From Gemmatimonadota bacterium (lineage in GTDB: Bacteria > Gemmatimonadota > Gemmatimonadetes > Palauibacterales > Palauibacteraceae), in the NCBI GenBank assembly GCA_039588275.1, contig JBDHAC010000014.1, positions 1 through 63,412 on the forward strand: DNA of 63,412 nucleotides, read 5' to 3'. Positions 59,124-63,412 of this stretch are shown one piece after another. A model generated the notes under the pieces. The model was not told the origin of the DNA. It worked only from the letters and a program-made list of their open reading frames with translations, and did no database searches. The translations under genes were made by a program, and so were the position numbers. Each line of letters starts with the position of its first letter. The first letter of the stretch is position 1.

Positions 59124-61491
59124 CTAGCCGCGCTCGGCGAAGATCTCTTCGAGGCGTTGTTGGGCCGCCTGCACGCGGGGTTGTACGTCCGGGTCCGCGC
59201 CCGCCCACAGCTCGACGAACTCGGCGTAGTACTGCTGGGCTCGCTCGAGATCGCCGGCCTGATCGTGTAGCTGGGCGAGCCGTTCGAGCGCGTTCGCACG
59301 CAGGGTCGCGTCGAAGTACACGCGGTACAGAACGGGCGTATCCAGGTAGGCCTCGTAGTACGAGATCGCCGAGTCCTGCACGCCGGCCCGATCGAAGCTC
59401 AGCGCGAGTGGGATGAACGCGCAGGTTGAGCATGGTCCGACATCGGCGCGGCGGGTCAGCTCGATCGCTTCCTCGAAGCGACCCTCCGCCGCTGCGATGG
59501 CCGCCCGGGCACCCATGATCTGGTCTTCGTCCCGAAGCCTCTCATCCGGCACGGCCACCAGGTACTCCTCAAGAAGCGCCTTCGCGGTCTCGGCATCTCC
59601 TGCACTGGCATAGGAATTCGCTAGTGTGACGTACGGTCGGTCGAGGGGCTCGATGCCCGAGAGCGGGAAACGCTCCTGGGCGGCCCGCAAGCGCTCGATC
59701 GCGGCGGTCGAATCGCCGCGTGCGAACGTCTCGACGGCAACCATGAAGGTGGCTACCTGGAAAAACGACGCTCCGGACCCACGACGGAGGTGGGAGTCGA
59801 GCGCCTCGCCGAACGCGCGCCACGCCCCCCCGAACTGGCCACGCAGTGCCCGGATCGTCGCCAGGTTCATGTTGGCACCGGCGAGCGCGAAGAGATTACC
59901 AGATGAGAGTTCGACCCCCGTCTCCGCGAGGCCTGCCGCGCGCTCGTAGTCGCCCTCCAGCGTAGTCGCCCTCCAGGCTGCTGAGCATGAAATCGATCAC
60001 CAGATTCTGTGGATTCGTCGGGAATTGTCTCGCGTAAGCGTCGAGTGAGCCTCGCGCCTCGGGCAGCTTCCCGAGCGCCGCTTGCGCCTCCAGTAGGTTT
60101 CTGTACGGGATCGCATTCGCTGAATCGGCCTCGATCGCGCGGCGGTAGATCTCCTCGGATCGGGCGAAGTCGGGGCGCTGCAGATACACGAGTCCGAGGT
60201 TGTTGAGACCACGGGAGTCGTCGGGGTACAGCTCGACCAACCGCTCGTACGAATGCTGCGACCGCTCGTCGTCCCCGACCGAGCCGTAATAGCTGCCCTC
60301 CACCATCAAGCGCTCGCGGCGTGACAGCCGGTCGCGGTGCTCGAACGCCAGCTGGAGCATCTCTATCGAGCGCGCCCGCTCCTCGTTCCGGTTCCCCAGC
60401 ACGACGCCGATCTTCCGGTACGCCGCGGCGAAGGCGGTGTCGATGGCAATCGCCTCGTCCAGGAGCGTGAGCCCACGGTCCGCGTCGCGGTTCCTCTCGA
60501 TCGCGCGCACGGCCTCGGAGTAGAGGGTGAGCGCCTCCAGGCTCTCCGTCGTCACCTGTTCGAGGGGCTCGGCGGCCCGGATGGCCTTGAGCGACTCGCC
60601 CATCCGTTCTCGCACGCTCTTGGAGAGCTTGTCGATTGCACGGAGAATCCCGGAGGCATCGGACGCGGTCGTGCGTCGCGACAGGAGCACGGTACCATCT
60701 TCCGCGGACAGGAGGTCGGCGACCAGCTGAAAACCTCCGCCGGCCGAGGTGATCTCACCCGTCAGGATGGCCTTGATACCCTCGCGTTGGGCGATTTGCC
60801 GGGCTACATCCAGCCTCAACGGCGTGTCGGCCGGCCGGGCCATGCGGGCGAGGGTGACACCGACGAAGGCGGGGTCGACGAGTTCCACGATTGCCGATTC
60901 GGTAAGATCCACGCGCAGAGCCTCGGTCACGACCTCCCCGAGCCGCAGATCGTTCGTCGCGTTCTCGAAGTCTGCGAGCAGAATCTGACCACGCTCCTCG
61001 AGCAGGCCCTTGGCCACCAGGGTGCCCGCGGGGCCAATTCCCAGCGAGCGCATAGCCATATGGCCGGCCGCTCCGACCCCGAGCAGCGCGAGGGCGACAG
61101 CCCCTGCGAGCAACGCGTTGCGCCACGTGAACAGCCTTCCGGAGCGTCGCTCGGGCGGGGAATGATGGGCGGGAGCTACCGCGATCTCTCTCGCGCGAAC
61201 CTTCTCGGGCCCGGCGACCTCGCGCTCCCGGTCTGCGGTCTCCGAGCCGTCGGCGGCGACCTCGGTCGCGGAGGCTTTCTTCCCCTGCAGAATCGCGGTC
61301 ACGGCGATCACCGGGAGCCCGAGGGCAAGCATGACGATGACCGCCTGCCCGAACCATAGCGGCAGCCCGATGAGCGATGACACCGTCTCGGCTGCCTGCA
61401 GCGCGAACCAGGCGGCCACGATGTAGGCGCCCAGGATCTGCCACACCGAACGGGTATGGACCTCGCGAAGCAGTCCCTTGAAGCTCGACAT
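59124..61491 (-). pseudogene. Membrane-anchored TolB_N-like/TPR protein, frameshifted (ORFs 59896-61491 and 59124-59870 are one gene)
   Basis: Removing one 16-bp copy at 59945-59976 joins ..LSSLEGDY to ERAAGLAETG..MNLATIRA, giving 783 aa. Confidence 0.8.
59945..59976. repeat. Exact 16-bp tandem duplication causing the frameshift
   Basis: cgtagtcgccctccag x2. Confidence 0.95.
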
Positions 61492-61517
61492 GTCGCTGTT
61501 CTACGATTCGCCCCGTC

Positions 61518-61772
61518 TCAGGGTTTCCCGGCGATGGAATCCAGGCGACGCATCCTGGCTGCCGCGGAGTCCGCGATCCGGGTCGCGCCACGCACGCCCT
61601 GTGCGCCCGGCAGGCGCGACTCCCCGATCAGGCTGTCCCGCTCGCGACGCGTCAGCGTGTCGCCAGGTGTGTCGGATCCGCCTTCTCCGCTCGAACAGGC
61701 AAGCGCGAGTGCCGTCGCGGCCGCGAGCAACAACACCATGACGAGTGGTCTCACCCCACGGTCTCGACCCAT
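61518..61772 (-). CDS. Small hypothetical lipoprotein
   Basis: ALAC lipobox; TLTRRERDSLIGESRLPGAQGV. Confidence 0.7.
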   Translation of the reverse strand: MGRDRGVRPLVMVLLLAAATALALACSSGEGGSDTPGDTLTRRERDSLIGESRLPGAQGVRGATRIADSAAARMRRLDSIAGKP

Positions 61773-61776
61773 CGAA

Positions 61777-62724
61777 TCACCCTCCCGTTGACCCCTGACC
61801 GCTCAAGGCGCGGAGTCGCTCGCGCGTCTCGAGGACTTCGGCCTGGAGTGGAGGATCGGCGTTCCTCCAGAGCTCCATGAAGCGCTCGAAGTACTCCGCG
61901 GCCGTCTCTTCGTCGCCCTGCGCCTCGTACAACTCGCCGAGGCTGGTCAGCGCGTAGGGTACCGCCCAGACGTCCGCTCGGGCGACCTGCGTGGCCGCGA
62001 GCGCCGGGGCGAGCCCCTCGACGAATCGCTCGTAGGCCAGCACGGCTGAATCTCGCGCGCCCGCCCGTTCCCACGCCAATCCCAACCGGAAGTCCGGTGC
62101 TATCGGATCGTCGGTGCCGGCCGCCGCCGCGCGCTCCAGCGCGCGGATGGCTTCCGCATAGCGACGCTCCGCCATTGCGATCGCGCCCTGGCTGGTGTAG
62201 TAGCCCGACGGCAGCTGCAACTCCTCGCCGGCCACCCGCGGTCGCGCGTCCTGCGCGTAACGCGAGAGAAAAGCCCGGCCCCGCTGCACCTGGCCGGCAT
62301 CGGCGAAGAACGAGGCCAGGATCAGGTCCACGCGTCTGGGAGGAGTGAGCTCACCCACGGGGTACCGTTCCATCGCCGAGTCGACGGCCGCCACCGACAC
62401 CTGCGCCTCGCCGGTGGCCCACAACCGCCAGAGCCCGGGCAGGACGGCCGCTTCAAGCGCGGCCTCCAGGTCACCCAGCTCGACGGCCCGGAGCTCGGCG
62501 TCACGAGCCAGCTCCGCTGCGGACCCCAGCCTGCCTCGCGCGGCCGCGGCCACCGCATCGAGCAGGGCATACGTGAATTGACCGTCGGAAGCGGCGTCAA
62601 GTCTCTCGTTGCCGCTGTCGTCCGCAGACGGATCTTCCCCTCGCGAACAGCCCGCCATTGGGCCGACCGCCAGCGCCAGGGCGCCTGCCACGAGCGAGGG
62701 TCGTCTCATCTTCCGCAGCGTCAT
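61777..62724 (-). CDS. TPR lipoprotein
   Basis: MAGC lipobox; TPR helices; C-terminal FMELWRNADPPLQAEV. Confidence 0.75.
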   Translation of the reverse strand: MTLRKMRRPSLVAGALALAVGPMAGCSRGEDPSADDSGNERLDAASDGQFTYALLDAVAAAARGRLGSAAELARDAELRAVELGDLEAALEAAVLPGLWRLWATGEAQVSVAAVDSAMERYPVGELTPPRRVDLILASFFADAGQVQRGRAFLSRYAQDARPRVAGEELQLPSGYYTSQGAIAMAERRYAEAIRALERAAAAGTDDPIAPDFRLGLAWERAGARDSAVLAYERFVEGLAPALAATQVARADVWAVPYALTSLGELYEAQGDEETAAEYFERFMELWRNADPPLQAEVLETRERLRALSGQGSTGG

Positions 62725-62846
62725 GTCCGGATTCTAGGAGCCGACCGGGAGGGGAACCAAGCGACCGGAGGTTTCCCCCGGGTGCGGACCTCTCCCGCGC
62801 TCTCTAGATTGGCTGCGCACACGTCGTCCAAGATACGAGGTTTGCC

Positions 62847-63287
62847 GTGCTCCCCACCCCGCGCGCCCGCCCCATCGCCATGCTGGGGGCGGTCTTGCTG
62901 CCACTCGCTGGCTGCGTCTTCGGGCTGGACATAAAACCGGCTCTCACCGTGGATCAATCCGTATTCGCCGCAGGTGAAGCCTTGAGCGGGAGTGTCAACG
63001 CCTTCGGCGGCAACGGAACGGTGGTCGTGACCGGCAGGATCATCGGGAAGCTTCCGTGCGACGTCATCGTGGGAGATGTGAAGGAAGTGAGCGGTGGGGA
63101 TCTTGAGCTGACGATGACGCTCGAGGCCACCCGGGCGTGTCCCGGCAACCCTCCGACCAGCTTCAACTACCTGGCCAACATCGTCGCGGTGGAACCGGGG
63201 GAGCGGTCCGTCGTGGTCGAGCACCGTTTCGTGGGGACGGATGGTCAGGCCGGAGTGGTGCTCGACACGGTCGTTACGGTCAACTGA
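62847..63287 (+). CDS. Hypothetical lipoprotein
   Basis: LAGC lipobox, paired Cys, beta-rich; start may be ATG 62880. Confidence 0.65.
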   Translation: MLPTPRARPIAMLGAVLLPLAGCVFGLDIKPALTVDQSVFAAGEALSGSVNAFGGNGTVVVTGRIIGKLPCDVIVGDVKEVSGGDLELTMTLEATRACPGNPPTSFNYLANIVAVEPGERSVVVEHRFVGTDGQAGVVLDTVVTVN

Positions 63288-63345
63288 GGTCCACCTGACG
63301 AGTCCCCTGGCCGGCCCCTAGCTCTAAGTGACAGGATGGTTGTTC

Positions 63346-63412
63346 ACCGGAAGCCGACGAGTAAGCTGGAGGTGTTCGAAGCCTTCACAACTCACTCGTC
63401 GGGGGATCCGGT
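63346..63412. other. Long imperfect hairpin at the window edge
   Basis: accgga/tccggt (63346/63407) and ccgacgagt/actcgtcgg (63354/63394) stems. Confidence 0.5.

Noticed and set aside
63301..63412. 6S RNA (agtcccctg) or tRNA (gttcgaa)
   Set aside because: Only short motif matches; no cloverleaf, and the region is truncated by the window.

Overview
High-GC bacterial chromosomal window. Its gene style (wHTH-BTAD/TolB-like/TPR membrane receptors, VPS10-type propellers, HEAT-repeat ECF operon, many orphan lipoproteins) suggests Gemmatimonadota; this is inference, as no marker gene is present. Housekeeping genes are carB, argG-argH-argR with tandem ARG boxes, rocD, trpE, a ubiE/menG-type methyltransferase, a CPA1 antiporter, a NatAB-like ABC exporter and a TupABC-like tungstate importer. 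They are interleaved with exported hydrolases (M49, S9, class C beta-lactamase-like, two VPS10/BNR propellers), two PIN-type toxin-antitoxin pairs, two GT-C fold glycosyltransferases and orphan lipoproteins. I could not support any rRNA, tRNA, CRISPR array, integrase or transposase. Five observations stand out. (1) A 116-nt non-coding element occurs in two copies that align without gaps (75/116 identical by hand), each upstream of an unrelated orphan lipoprotein gene. (2) A membrane-anchored SARP/BTAD regulator has CGTCAACG direct repeats at 11-12 bp spacing in its divergent promoter, facing a block of secreted-protein genes. (3) In an ECF sigma/anti-sigma/HEAT/HEAT operon, the anti-sigma carries three copies of its N-terminal motif. 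(4) A TPR receptor gene is frameshifted by an exact 16-bp tandem duplication, in a region rich in short tandem duplications. (5) Both antitoxins appear to be made from leaderless mRNAs. All product calls come from motif recognition by eye; no database searches were run.
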